DNA from: Lytechinus pictus
Lineage: Eukaryota
Reading direction: 5' to 3'
NCBI RefSeq assembly: GCF_037042905.1
Contig: NC_087251.1
Coordinates: 41,418,001 to 41,482,000, forward strand
Length of the DNA: 64,000 bases
Positions 25,201 through 40,200 of this stretch are shown here, in pieces. Numbering within the stretch: the stretch's first letter is position 1; each line of letters opens with the position of its first letter. Position numbers and translations under genes: made by a program. The notes beneath the pieces were generated by a model, which worked only from the letters and a program-made list of their open reading frames with translations, ran no database searches and was not told the origin of the DNA.

Positions 25201-28200
25201 TGTTTGATCATAATGTTTTATTGTTTTCTAGATCATCGTTGTCTTGACAATTCAGTGCGTTTCTCTGTTTACAGGCGGACATTTTGCAAATTTCCTGTGT
25301 GGCAAATTACATGACATTTATGGATCTCATATTTGAGGTTGATTGGATCAATCACAACTTGTAAGACTGGACCCAGATTATGCACATGTTATTCCTCTTA
25401 AGTTGAATTTCTCCCAAGTCAAACCAATTTTTGTGGTCGTAATAGAGTCAACTCAGACAAAGTTACATGTACTTTGTAGAAAGATGGATACAAACTGATC
25501 TCCTCTACATCAATCTTTTGCTTCTTTTAGGGACATTTAACATTCTATTTGACAAGGACCCTTGAAGTAAAAGAGAGATGTGAAAATTGTGCCTAGTAAT
25601 CAACTTAATTCTTGTCATGTTCTGTCATATATTCTAGAAATACGTTCTGTAGATAAGGTACTGTTCTCTGTGCAATTTTATATATTTCTTCATTTCAATG
25701 CCAGCTTTCATGATATTACCAATTTATAATCATAATAATGGGGATGATGTCTTATTGAATTACAGCTCTGGGCAAGAAGTGCAACGATTAAGTGTCATTC
25801 AGAACCTACCCAACCTCCTAAAGAACAATAATGTTGATGCTATGCGCAGAGTAGTACCCAAAGTCAGGGTAAGTTTAGTAATTGCCGATTGGGGGTTGTT
25901 GTATTTGTGAATGTAGAGTTTTTCTAATCATTACACAAAAACATAATTTACAGGCAAAGGAAATTTGAAATGCTCTTGCTCATGAAAAAGACTATATAAA
26001 CATGTGGCTGTACATGAACATTAGATTGTATAAAATATTGAAAGATAGTAGGCCTATTCATGTAGAGTATAGCAAGCTGTGCATTTTGTTTTAAAAGAAT
26101 GTGAGGAATGCTAAATCTGATTACATGAAGGCCTACATGATCAAACAGGAAATAAATTTTGTTGAAGGCCTGCTATTATGAAGCCGTTATAAAAAATACC
26201 CGCAGCCTTCCAAACTAGGGAACTGCTCCTAGATGCTATTGAAGGTACTGTACGGTATACCAGAGTCTTTGGAACTTACCTGAGAGTGGTACTACAATAT
26301 GTCCATGTTTGTGATTACAACTTTATCAGATAGCAATGTTGGAAAGCAAATATTGGCATTCCATAGAGATATGGTAAGTGTCAAATGGGTGTGATATTAA
26401 GGGAGTGGTATATATATTTGAATGCCTTATTAGATTGATTAGCAATTTAAAGCCGTTTTCAATGTGATGGTTATCAATTCTTTCTATCTGAAATAAATGC
26501 TCTTCTGTATATTAAGGGTGTGTATTGCATCACGTAAAATGCCATTATGATTTACGTTAGTTTGACATTGTTGAGTTGACCCCCCCCCCCCCCGCCAATC
26601 CTTTTTTGGTCTAATTTATGCATTTCTATGATTCCTTTGTAGGATGTATTACACTTAGCGAGCCAAGACCTCCAGGAGGCAGCAGCAGCAGCGTTTGTGA
26701 AGATAGCGGAGGACCAATCAGTGCCACACCTAACCTATGCACAGACATTCCTACAGACGATCTTACAGAATGCTGATAATAGAGACCCAGGTCAGTTTCA
26801 TACAACACAATACAATTGATATCTCCACCATGACTGTTTGACAGCACTTTACAAAGAATCAAATACTCCTAGAGCATTTTGAATGAGGATTAATTATTAA
26901 TGATTTCAGTTGACTTTACTGTTTCTTTCAGAGAAGCCATCATAATTTCCGCTCAATTTATGTTGCATAAAGAGACAAGTTTGGTTTAGAACTGTGAATG
27001 AATTCACTATTGAGTTCTTAAGAATTTCAAAACTTTGTTTTTCAATGCAACCTGAGCTGTATTTGGCAGATAGTTTTTGTATAAATATAAGAAGTTTCCA
27101 CTGTAAATGTAATTTTTATTACATTTATTATTACTTAATACAAACCATCCTGTGTAAAATTATAACAAATATTTTTATGAAACACCACTCAAAACTTTGT
27201 TAACAAATCTAATATCCATAGAGTTGTATTTGAATTAAGATGAATTAAGATGATATTCAGTTTTTAAAATTGACTGCAGTACATAGGGAGTCACTGAGAT
27301 GGTACATGTATGTGTTCTAAAATGATGATTCATTCATCAAAAGAATATTGATTTCATGTGTGAATAGACTTATCTTCTTGAGACGCTATGAGCTTCTGTT
27401 GAATTAGAAAACAGATCAATACCAACACTGTCTACCAACTCCTGTAGAAAACCCAGCGAGTATAAGCTTTGTACACTCATATCAACTGAAATATTTTTTT
27501 GGTTTTACTTTTGTGTAGATACTTTATATTCCTGTGGATTCCACTTAAAAGAATGAAAGACTAAGATTATTAGCGTACACTAATAGTGTTAACAGAATAC
27601 TTGTATTATTATATTTTTATTTGTAGATATTTCTGATTCCTGGTTAGAAGTCTTACTCAACGTCATTACACACCTTCCAAAGGATGTCCTCAAGAAAGAT
27701 GTAAGAAAACAAGATTTTATTCAAACACATTCCCTTAAAATTTGTTGTAAGCTTTACTATACGCTCTGAATTACATGGATTTGAAATAAATCCAGATTGG
27801 CTCTTCAATATTGATCAATCAAACTGTGGATTTGATTTGAATCCTATAAAGATTTATTTTTGAATCTCAAAGGATTTAAATTCAAATCTGTACAGATTGA
27901 ATCTAAATTCAGTATTTAGCCGATCCGGATTTATTTTAGATTCATGAAATTAAAAGTGGATTTGATGACTGCTTTCAGAGGGGGGGGGGGGGCAGAGGTG
28001 TTTCATGAAGCTGTTAGTAAGTTAAGAGCGACTTTAAGAATGACTGGTGATCCTTTCTTACACGCTAAACCATCGTCTATGCACTCTATGAACATTTTGG
28101 TGTATTCAATTTACCGCAAGAAAGAATCACTAGTCATTCTTAAAGTCGCTCTTAACTTACGAACAGCTTTATGAAACACCCACCAGGCATGATGTACAAA

Positions 28201-31200
28201 TGCTTTTGATGGTGGGGTGTTTTAGATAATGCATTGATTGCTAGAGGCTTGATAGAGGAACTAGCCCCTAGGGGCCCTCTTTCATATCCCAAGAACAAGA
28301 TGATAAAAAGTATTAATAGAATGGGCAGTATGCAAATGAGGGATTTGATGATGTGACATGCTTATTATTTCTTTTACATTTTATTTTATGAAATATCAAA
28401 TATTTAACTTTTACTTGATTTGATGACAAGAAGATCTTTGGTAAATCAAAATGAATGATAACGATGACAATTGTAAAAATGTATAGTTCCATGAGGAATC
28501 ACATTAAATTTGTGTGTTTGCTCAGTTGGTAGAGCATCCGTCTTACAACTGGGTTGTCAGGAGTTCAAACCTGGCTGCATCAGACCGTTGAAAGATGGGA
28601 GTTTCTGCTACCCTGTTTGGCGTTCAACGATTAAAGGGATAGAGCCATGTCGATCTGGCGCTGCACAGCGGCTGCCGCGCCCACAATCAATTGGGCTCAG
28701 CAAATTTTCAGAGTATTTCATTTCATGTCTATTTCGGATGATAAAATATGGGTTCTTGGATTCTTTAAACAAATTTTACATTATTAGGGGGAAAATCTGA
28801 GGTATTTCACATTTCTGATAATAAAATATCTAAATAGGGAGTGTGTGACATCATGAGCTTTAATATTTTTTTATATTGCCTATAGATACGATGAATATCA
28901 CTGTTTTTGTGGAAATAAGCAAACGTTATAAAGACCATATAAGTTGTTTTTGTTTTGTCTTTTTTGGTCTTTTTTCAGAACGTATGGAGAAAGTCACATT
29001 ATTCAATATTGTTGCCAATTTGTAAATTACCAAACCTGACAAATTATTTTTTTGTCATTTGATATAAGATTTTACAACAAAAAAGCAAACCTTTTCTGCT
29101 GTGCTTGTAAATCTGATTTTCCCTCTTCCATTATTAAAACTGACTATAACAGGGTGGACTTCCTCCTTGATATGTTACTGCTTCTCCCTTGAGAATTCAC
29201 AAAGGCATCTTGTCCTTGAAATTCTTTGGCTTTCATTTCAAATCCCATTGTACTGTCTGTGTGTGTTCTCCTGCTCAGAATGATTTTTCGTGACACCAAG
29301 TAGTCGCTTGATTTGCATTGATTCCTTCCAGGATGAAGTGCACGAATACTGATAGTTTTTCTTGTCCAGAATAGAATGTTTGTTTTCTGTCTCTCGTGTA
29401 TCAGAATAGAGGAAAAATAAAAACATAACAATTTTTTCAATCGACTGTCACGCCAATGCAAGTGGCAGGTATTTATTTGTATTTTCATGAACCTAGATCT
29501 TTTATGAACCATGAGTGTCTAATCAAGCATTATAAACAAACAAGATAGAAAAAAATATTTCTACAGCAGTACAGTATTTTGCTTTCTAATTATGAGTGGG
29601 TTCATATTTATCTTTTTATGGGCTATGATGAACATGGACATTCCTGTGTGCATTGAAACTCAGCCATTCAAAACCACTATTAGTGATGCTGAAGTCTTAG
29701 ATTTTGACATTGAAAGTGCTTTGTCATAATAAAGATTTATTTATAGGTACACCATGCCGTTTGTGTCACTGTTCCAGGTGTAATATTGATTTTTACTCCT
29801 TTTTTTTTCTTTCGTTTGACATTGATTAAATCGTAATGTGGTACTGAATCCATGAAATGATATGAAAAAAATGAAAAGATGTGATGAAATGTTACATAAA
29901 GTTCTCTTCTAACTGTATACATGTATGTATCATCATTTAAAAGGTGAGAATACTTTAAGATACATATAGGCCTATATAATTATTACATCTTATGAATCTA
30001 ATGTCCTAAAAAAGAAGAAATTACTTTTTTTTATTACAGGACAATCTATTAAGGACAAGTCCACCCCAACAAAAAGCTGATTTGAATAAAAAGAGAAAAA
30101 TCCAAAAAGCATAACATTGAAAATTTCATTAAAATCGGATGTAAAATAAGTAAGTTATGACATTTTGAAATTTAGTTAAATTTCACAAAACGGTTATCTG
30201 CACATCCTGGTGGGTATGCAAATGAGGCAACTGATGACATCATCCATTCACTATTTCTTTTGTATTTTATTAAATGAAATGTAAAATATTCTAATTTTAT
30301 CCTCACTGTCATGTGAAAGGAGATTTATTCCTCCCTGGATATGTGAATTACCATTGTTTTAACATTTTGTGGCTCAGTCAAGTTTGCCATTATAGTCAAA
30401 TTTGTAAAAATTGAAATATTGCATAATTTAAACTTAAAAAAACAAAGAAATAGTGAGTGAGGGACATCGTCGACTATCTCTTTTGCATGACACAAAGTGG
30501 TGCATATAACTATTTGGGAAAAATAAGCGACGCTTCAAAAGTCATAACTTTCTTATGTTACATCCGATTTCGATGAAATTTTCAGCGTTATGCTTGTTGG
30601 ATTTTTCTCTCATTGATTCAAATCGACATTTTTCTGGGGTGGACTTGACCTTTAAATACTGTACTGACCACTGATGAAGCTGCATTGTATAAATAAGACT
30701 TTATCTAAATGATGTATTCCAAATCAATTTTGTTTATGGTCTCTCTGTAGATTCTACCCGTTGCTCTCAGTAAAGGCCAGCTGGCCCAGTCGGTTCAATC
30801 TCGTCTAGCAAGCTGTCGACTGCTGGGAAAGATTGCTACACGTTTTGACACCTTCATGTGAGTCCTTTTTCACTTGCTTCCATTTCATTTGGTGGTTTTA
30901 GACCGCCTCGAAGTTCGTCAGTTCCAGGTATTTTCCGATCAGGAAATTTACCCCGATCAGAAAATAACAGGTAGTACATGTATTGGCAATGTGAAAGCAA
31001 ATTACATGTACGCGTTATCTCCCCGAAAGAAAATACCCACTAAATAGTAGGTACTTGTCATAATTACAAGAACTTTCGCGGGGAACTTTCCAAGGTCGCA
31101 GGTATCTTGGCAATGTGAAAGCAATTTACCGTATTTTTTAGCCCAGCGTGTAGTTTGGCGCGGGCGCCGTGGGTGGCTGCTGAGCTAGTGATTTTGAATC

Positions 31201-34200
31201 TTGTTATCAGGCCATACTGCGCATGCTCGTAACTTTAGGAACTCATCCCGGAGGGTATGTTTCGGGGCGGTGTGAATGCAGGAATAATGAATGGGTATTT
31301 TCTAGCCTAAAAAAGTTCTCGTAATTTAACGGGGATTCTTATGATCGAGGCGGTTTGAAACCACCCATTGAATATGTTTCTATTGTATGAAAGGAGTAAC
31401 ACTGATTCCATTGTACAATGGTGTGAGTCTTGTTTATTGTAATGCCTCTACAGGGTTACAAATTGGACTAGGAGTCAAGGGGAAATGAGAAACAGAATTT
31501 TGGCTAGTAGGTCCGTGGTTGTAGTGAAAGATGTTAGAATCTGCAGAAGCAACATCAGGAAATTAATTTCACGTAGTGCTCTGTTTACCCAATAATCCTC
31601 AAGTGAAATCAATAGATTGTGATGTACAAGTAATTTATTTCTCTGTCCTTTTCAGTAAAAGAAAAAAAACCCTGATAAAGTCTTATTATTGAAGCATTGA
31701 AGAGTAGTAGTTCCATACATGTATTGTAGGATGGTGAAAATACTGGTGCTCGTTTCTTTCATAGCATCATGGATGGGTTGATGGGGAGGGTGTTGATTGA
31801 GCATGGTGGAAAGAGAGGGGGTTGATGATGGAGGTGGGGGCGGGGATTAATCTGTTCAGTTCAAATAGAGCTGTCTTATATCCTAATGTACAGTATGTCT
31901 GTTATTTCACGTTGAATATTAAACATGGAGTAATCACATATAAGAAAGATAATCAAACTACACTTCATTTACCTGTTTGAATATATTTTGGTGTACATAA
32001 TTCACAACCCCCCCCCTCTCCGTAAGGAAAAAAAAAACACTGTACAAGTTTTTTCTTCCCGTGTGAAATGGGTAAAAGTCTTTCTCTCTGAGGTGTCTTG
32101 TACATGTAGGTCTCACACACCAGACATTGTTACATTATGAGGCTGTTCTCACTACGTTCCTAAAACTAGTTTACTGGGAACCGGTTCAGAAAGCCAGTTT
32201 GGAAGATTGCTTTGCTAGCGTTCTCACTTGATCACATGAAAGTGGTTTTCAAAATCACTTCACGTATAGCGCTCTTGTTGCTATGGAAACGCTCTCAGTG
32301 GGGAGACACGTTTCGCGCGAAATTCGAAACCGCAGCATAGGCATTCTACACCTGTCGTGTGGAGTAGCGCGCTCAAAATGTGCGAAGATCGCTTCCCGAA
32401 GAACGGTTGTGTCCTCACTTACGCTAAAACCACTTTTCCGATGCGAAGCGATCTTGAAAACTACATCGCGAGGTGGTCTTCCAAACTGGTTTGGAAGAGC
32501 GCTTCCAAGAGCGCTTCGACCGTTCTCACTTAGCGTTAAACTAGTTTCCACTAAACTAGTTTCCACTAAACTAGTTTAAGGAACTGAGTGAGAACAGCCT
32601 CTAAGGCTAGTATGGATAGAGTCTTTTCTTTCGTACAGTAGGTCATGTCCATGCTTGAGTTCAAATAATGTAGCTGTTGATATTCTATACCATGGAATAT
32701 CAAGCAAACTTTCCAATCTCAAACAAAGTTCTAACATGGAAGGGTATAGTTTTGAAAATTCTTGCAAGATACCTGCAGTATACAGTGGGTGTACAATGCT
32801 GGAACTAACTTAAAAATGAACATGTAGGTGACGAAAAGAGTCTCATCAACTTTTTGAATTTTAATACAAAATCAAAGATCACTATTTAGTATTTATCAAT
32901 TGAATTATTCATTCCCATATATTAAAAACAAGAAGTTGAAATTGCGTTTGAAATCAAATTATTAGTTTTCAAACTCTTGACAACTTGTTCCTCTTTACTT
33001 ATTATTATACCTAAGAATCTGATACATTATTGAGCTGTTATTATTGCGATAAACAAAGGCAGCAATACACTGCTCTCATTCTACCTTATCATTCTCCCTG
33101 AAAATAAGAAAAGGATTTGAAAACTGCTATACCTTTGCCATGTCCCTGATGCATAGAATCAGAATGTCTGTGTGACCTAAGTATTCATCAATAAAGCTTT
33201 CCAACAGTAGTATGTTTGATATGCCCCTTCTATATTTTTTTGCATAAATCAATGTTTGCATCTTACCAATCAATATATGTACGTTAAATATTGACTTTAG
33301 ATAAATCAGAAAGTATATCGTCGATTGCCCCAATTGTGAATTGATCAGTGTATGGAATTTGATTCATACTGTTCATAAATATTGACTTTAGGCCTATATG
33401 AGAACCGTATTTGCAGTGTTTAGAGTTACAGGATATTGGGGTCCTTTGTTACGTTTATTGCATTTAAAATTATCAATAGCGGTACTCAATAGATAAGCCC
33501 TACCCCCCAAGTTCTTGCTGGTAATTACGCTTTTTGTTATTGGTGTGCAAAATTGCATTCAAAATCTGTTCATGAATTACATGTTCATTTATATCGCTAA
33601 TTCCCATATTTAAGTTTTAATTTCAAACCATACGGCCTAGGAAAAGTGAATCAAGCCGGTTTTCAGAGTTCACACATTTTCAAAGCCAAAGGTCTCCTGT
33701 TAATATGTAGGGTCGACATTGTACAATGCTGACATTGACAAAGGTCGTTGGAATTCAACTTTTAATGATATGGTATTGTTACCTTGAGCCTGAGGGTCTT
33801 GGTGATGTTGTTATTAGTCTTAGCCTCTGAGGATTTCATTTTCACATGATAATACGGAATTATTATGTTGTTTTAAAATTATCACACTTATTATTTTTCA
33901 ATTTTAGTGTGTGATTGGGGGGCTTACAGTATATGATTTGTACATATGTTTCACTTTTGTAGACCTTTGTGTAAAATGCAAAAATTCATTTCAATTGTTA
34001 TTACCTATTGTATTAAAGTAACATGAAGTGATCTTTTCACCCCCTGCATTTAAAGTATTGGTAGTTTTATGTGGCTTATCATGTTTGCTCTTTGATTTTG
34101 TTAGTTTCTGTGAGCTAATTTCTTTCTATATGAATGCATTGTTGTTTCTATGATATCTGAGGAATTGTATAATGGAGCATTTAATAGGATAGATAAGCCT

Positions 34201-37200
34201 CAATGAGTTTGCTCTTTGTCACTAATTCTTATGATAAAATATATGTTGTTACAGTGAACCTGATGCATAAAAAACTTCTTCAAGTTGCTTCAATGCATAT
34301 CACTTTATATTAGAAGTCTCTGTTAAATGCTAGATACAATGATAGAGCATACATTAACCTTGAGTTTCCCAGCTGCATTGTAACATCTATCATATTTTAC
34401 CTGCTTCTGTGTTGTAAGGACTATGCAGCACAATATGGATACATTTCTTGCAACAACAAAAAAAATGCCATGGCTGGAAATTGAATCCACAATTTATTTT
34501 ATACATGTACTGCAGTAAATGACATCAATAATTCTGACTTTATTCTTCTGTCAATGATACATTGAAATTACAATAAATTACAGTTAAAAAGGAAGAAAGA
34601 GAAGACAAAAAAGGAAGAAAGAGAAGACATTGTAAGAATAGTGGAGTCTAACATACAGTACATCTACGCAAAATCTAATATTTAAAGTCATCTCATTTTG
34701 TTCAAGTGCATGTACAGCACAAAATAAAACATTTTTTTCCCCATACATTCCTCATTAAGGGAAAGTTTGGTCTCAACAGATTGTGAATTTCCTCATTAGA
34801 GGTGCTAGCAGGCATTTAATGAGGTGTTTTTCTTGAAAGGTGCCCTTACACTCATAAACATCTTCATTACTCGGGTGTCAGGCTGTCATAATATGTACTT
34901 TATCAAGGGAGTCTGCAGTTCAAAAAGTGATAGAACCCAGAGAGGGGCTTGTGTGTAAAGATTGAGACGGTCATCCAACAAAATGAGCTGTCTATAAATG
35001 TTGACAATTGATGGTATGAATAGAAGAGTTCTAGTATATATACTATTTCGATATCACCCCAGCCTTTGTCAAATTCGTAGAAAAATTGAAATTAGCAAAT
35101 TCATTGTATTTAATAATAACAATAACATGAAGGAAAGACCCCCCACCCCCCCCCAAAAAAAAAACATTACATGGAAGATGGGGTAGAAAAGTCAACAAAA
35201 ACAAAATAAATCAAGGTTGATAGGAATCATCATTATACACCTGTAGAGTAAGAATTTGGCAGAGAGAGAGAGAGAGAGAGGGGGGGGTGGGGAGAGGGAT
35301 GGGAGGGGTAGAGAGTCTAGTCTGCAGGCACAGACCCTGATTGAAACTTTGATCAACAAGTGTGTCTCCGCAAAGACTAGCACATACAAAACTTGCTGTT
35401 TCTAGGGCCTTCCGTACACAAGGCATGAGTAGGCTGCAATTCAGACCCTTTACTCGAGTGAAGGGTTTGCCCAGCAGACTATAGAGAGTCAGGGGAGGGT
35501 ATAATATGGATGGAGTCTGGAGAGATACAATTAACACAGTATATCAATGTTCATTGAAAGCCAGGAAATTAGATAAATTTAACAATGACATTTGTGTAGA
35601 GGCTATGATAGAGTGCGATTTCTCTCCAGACCTTCTTACCTTTCTGCAAAGTGGGTCAGAGTACACTTTGGAATGTGTATTTTAGGCTATACATTGAATG
35701 TATCAGTCCCTTATGATTATGTATCTACCATTCACCACTGCACTGTGCTTGAGAACAGTCACATTAATGTAAACAGATGGGTTTTTAAATTTATACCACC
35801 TAGCCGTATGTGATGTTAACATGTTTAGAGATGATTTACTCACTCTTGGACCAGATATTGTAATAAATATTGAACAGTGTATCAACTCTGATGAGATGGA
35901 AGCAATGATAATGTTTTGACAGTATGAGCATTCATGACATTGATTGATTATTGGAAGGGGAAAAAAAGGAAAGAAGTTCAGAAGGTGGAGTTCTTATGCA
36001 GTTACAGAAGACTTTTTTCATACTGGTAATAGTATAGGCGATTTCCTGCACTTATTTTTCAACTTGGAAGGTCGAAGTTTGCTCATATTTTTGTGATCTA
36101 GTCTTTTAAACATAAAAAATATCAACAAAAGAAAGCTTGGAAGCATAGTTCATTGAATGAATGTGATATCTGAGTGAGCTACTCAAACTGTTGTCAATAC
36201 ATGTACGTGTATATAAATATTCTTTTAAAAAATTGGGGGGGGGGGGTGGGGTGGTTGGGGTTCAACATGATTATCAGGCCTGTGATGTAAAGTGAAGATA
36301 CAGGAGAGTTTGTCAAAATTAATATTATAAATTGATAACAGGTTTTAGGAGGGAGGGTTTGTATGTTCTGTTTATATTTGATCATAGAACAGCCCAGATT
36401 AAACGAATGTGTAATAATCTTGTACTCTGAAACAAAATGTTGTGTATTAGAACTTTATATCAGGGTGCTACACAAGCACTTGCCCGATTGCCCAGGGCAA
36501 GTAAAAGTTAGAGTCGGGCAAGTGTTTTGAAGTAAAGACCAAAACTACTTGCCTGAATTGGGCAAGCAAAATTCTTACAGTAGAATGACCAAAATTAGGG
36601 TTGATGATATGATATTAACCCTAATTTTGGTCATGGCAGGCAAGATAAAATCACTTTGGAAAAAGAAATGCAACAAGGTAGATCAGTACATGTCAAAAGA
36701 GAGAAAAAAAATGGTTTATAAAACCACAAAACTTTCTTTTGAAGAGGTAAAAAATAATTTCAAGGATTTTTTCGGGCAAGTGAAATAGATATTTGGGCGA
36801 GTATATTCCAACTATTAAAAAATTTGCTTGCCCGACTGGGCAAGTGCTTCTTGAAAGTTATGTAGCACCCTGTTTATAGGCAGTGAATTACCAAGAAGAG
36901 GTGAAAGAATGGATGTTGTAGATTTGGTCCTCCAAACATCATCTAAAAGAATTAGGAGTGAAAAAGGGTAGGGGAGGGGGTTTTCGGTTGATTTGGCCTT
37001 GTGTTTGGTGTAAGGTCAAGTTTGTATACATTATGCATTGGCATTCTTGTTTGCACAAAAAATATTTCTAAGTTAAGCTGAGTAAGAGGGAAACCAATGC
37101 CTTCCATGTAGTTCTGAACTTAGTCTGATAATCCAATATAAAGTTGAACGTGGTATTGTAAACGGAGTGGTATTAATCAGACTCCATCTAGGGTGTGACC

Positions 37201-40200
37201 TTTTTCAGCCGTGTGATGAAATTAATTGACTCATTTATCAAGAATGACTTGAGTGATACCAGCATCTCAGCATGACCCCTACCTGACTGGCCCCTTACTG
37301 CCCATGCTGGGGCTACTGTAAGGAAAACTCTGTCTGGCTCATATTTTAAAGGGGGACATCTTCCATATTTCATATTTCATCATTAGAAATATCATCTGTT
37401 TGTTAATACTGTATCGACCCCTTGCCATGATGATGCAAAATATTGATGTTTTTGGAAAGTGAATTTTGCTTTTGGCTCATTTTACATGTTTACAAAAAGA
37501 TTTTAGATTTAAAGAACCCACAGAATGTTTCATTAACAGAGGACCACCCCTCCCCCTCTGCCCCCTGGACATTGCACCATTTTATAGAAGCTTTTAAATT
37601 TCTACTTTGCTATTGCCATTTATCGGTACCTACTACAATTTTAAATGTGAGAGTGTGAGACATTTTAAATTTTGACAAATGTTGGGAAATGTTGTTTTAG
37701 ATTACGGTACTACGTTTCAATGCAAATAAATATTTCATTTATGTATAGATGTAAGTAAGAACTATACTTTTATGAATATATATAGAATGTATACATGTAT
37801 CATGCTTTACTATTTTAACAATTTATGTTTAATTTCATATTGTCTTCCAGGATCAAGAAGGAAATCTTACCTTTGGTTACATCTCTGTGTCAGGATGTGG
37901 ATTATGAAGTCAGAGCATGTATGTGTAAACAGCTAGATAGTGTGGCAAGAGGATTGGGGTAAGTTCACATCAGGGTATGATTATGAAGTCAGAGAATGTA
38001 TCTGTAAACAGCTACAGTAGATAGTGTGGCTAGAGGTTTGGGGTAAGTTCACATCAGGGTATGATGATTATGAAGTCAGAAAATGTATGTGTAAACATCT
38101 ACATAGTGTGGCTAGAGGATTGGGGTAAGTTCACACCAGGGTATGATGATTATGAAGTCAGAGCATGTATGTGTAAACAGCTAGATAGTGTGGCTAGAGG
38201 ATTGGGGTAAGTTCACATCAGGGTATGATGATTATGAAGTCAGAGCATGTATGTGTAAACAGCTAGATAGTGTGGCTAGAGGATTGGGGTAAGTTCACAT
38301 CAGGGTATGATGATTATGAAGTCAAAGCATGTATGTGTAAACAGCTAGATAGTGTGGCTAGAGGATTGGGGTAAGTTCACACCAGGGTATGATGATTATG
38401 AAGTCAGAGCATGTATGTGTAAACAGCTAGATAGTGTGGCTAGAGGATTGGAGTAAGTTCACATCAGGATATGATGATTATGAAGTCAGAGAATGTATGT
38501 GTAAACAGCTAGATAGTGTGGCTAGAGGATTGGGGTAAGTTCACACCAGGGTATGATGATTATGAAGTCAGAGCATGTATGTGTAAACAGCTAGATAGTG
38601 TGGCTAGAGGATTGGGGTAAGTTCACATCAGGGTATGATGATTATGAAGTCAGAGCATGTATGTGTAAACAGCTAGATAGTGTGGCTAGAGGATTGGGGT
38701 AAGTTCACATCAGGGTATGATGATTATGAAGTCAGAGCATGTATGTGTAAACAGCTAGATAGTGTGGCTAGAGGATTGGGGTAAGTTCACATCAGGGTAT
38801 GATGATTATGAAGTCAGAGCATGTATGTGTAAACAGCTAGATAGTGTGGCTAGAGGATTGGGGTAAGTTCACATCAGGGTATGATGATTATGAAGTCAGA
38901 GCATGTATGTGTAAACAGCTAGATAGTGTGGCTAGAGGATTGGGGTAAGTTCACATCAGGATATGATGACTATGAAGTCATATGTGTAAACAGCTAGATA
39001 GTGTGGCCAGAGGATTGGGGTAAGTTCACATCAGGGTATGATGAATATGAAGTCATGTGTGTAAACAGCTAGATAGTGTGGCGAGAGGATGGGGTAAGTT
39101 CATGTCAGGTATGATGATTATGAAGTCATATGTGTAAACAGCTAGATAGTGTGGCTACAGGATTTGGGAAAGTTCACATCACTGAGGGCATGATATAATT
39201 TTATTACCAATGTTACAAGTTTGATATTTCTTTCTCTCTTGATATCACTTTGAGAAAGTTATTGAATATTAAACATGGGAATGTTGTTTGGCCCAAATAG
39301 ATCAGTCAGTTTTCCTTACATACTCTGTTGCAATAAAACTATGGGAAACTGGAAATTTGCCAATGTTTGGATTCGTTATCCTTTATGCAGGTGAGAAAAT
39401 CCTGTGCTCTAAATTAATGAAATTCATAAATAATGTAATATTATTGATGATTAAGTATAGTTTTACCACTTGGTTAAGTTGATATCAAGCTATCGTATCA
39501 GTATCCACATAGCAAAAGCTAGACCAAGTGTCTGGAGAGTAGTTGCAGTGCTGGACTTTGTCATCTTTGACATTCATCTGTATATTGGCATGTTTCTACA
39601 AAAATACATAGGATTGACATTAATACATTATATATTTTTTCTCGATTTCTTCATGAAGCCTGGAGCCTACCAGAAGTGCAATACTACCTGAACTTGTTGA
39701 ACTGGGCAAGGATGAAGAGAGCTGTGTAAGACTAGCAGCATTAGAAACTATAGTTAGCTTACTCAGTCTTCTAGACGATGGTGAGTCGTGTCATTTTATC
39801 ATCTCTTAAAGCCAGTCAGGTTCATAGGCCTTTACATAGAGTACGATCCTTTAACCCTTAACTGGTAATATGTTATGTGCGTGGTGAGTGTCGTAGGTCT
39901 ATTTCACTGAACATGGTCTCATTTAGTGAGATAGTAGATGCATAGAATATAGTCAGAATTGTAGTCTTAGACACCCATGTTCTCTTATTGAAGTAATTAC
40001 TGTGGTTTTTTTTAATCACTTTTGATAAAAACATTTGTATTGGATCAATTTTGGCTGAAAAAAAATAAATTTTAGTCTTTGCATAGGTTCAGAATTTTGG
40101 TGGAAAAAATGCAATTTATTAGAAAAGGAATCCAATCCAAGGTTGGTAATAAATAGATCAGTGTGAAAGGAGAAAAATAATTACTCTTAAATTGATTTGC

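Noticed and set aside
32255..32579. Two overlapping ORFs of about 100 aa
   Set aside because: Inside a GC-richer MITE; no recognisable domain.
34586..34629. 22-bp tandem duplication of a purine-rich tract
   Set aside because: Ordinary slippage duplication with no further structure.
37959..39100. Array units as tandem or mutually exclusive coding exons
   Set aside because: The GT...AG gap is only 15 nt with no branch point or pyrimidine tract, and the CAG-to-GT segment is 67 nt, which would shift the frame.
37900..39181. CRISPR-like regular array
   Set aside because: Whole units are repeated with no unique spacers, the unit derives from a host exon, and the context is a eukaryotic intron without cas genes.
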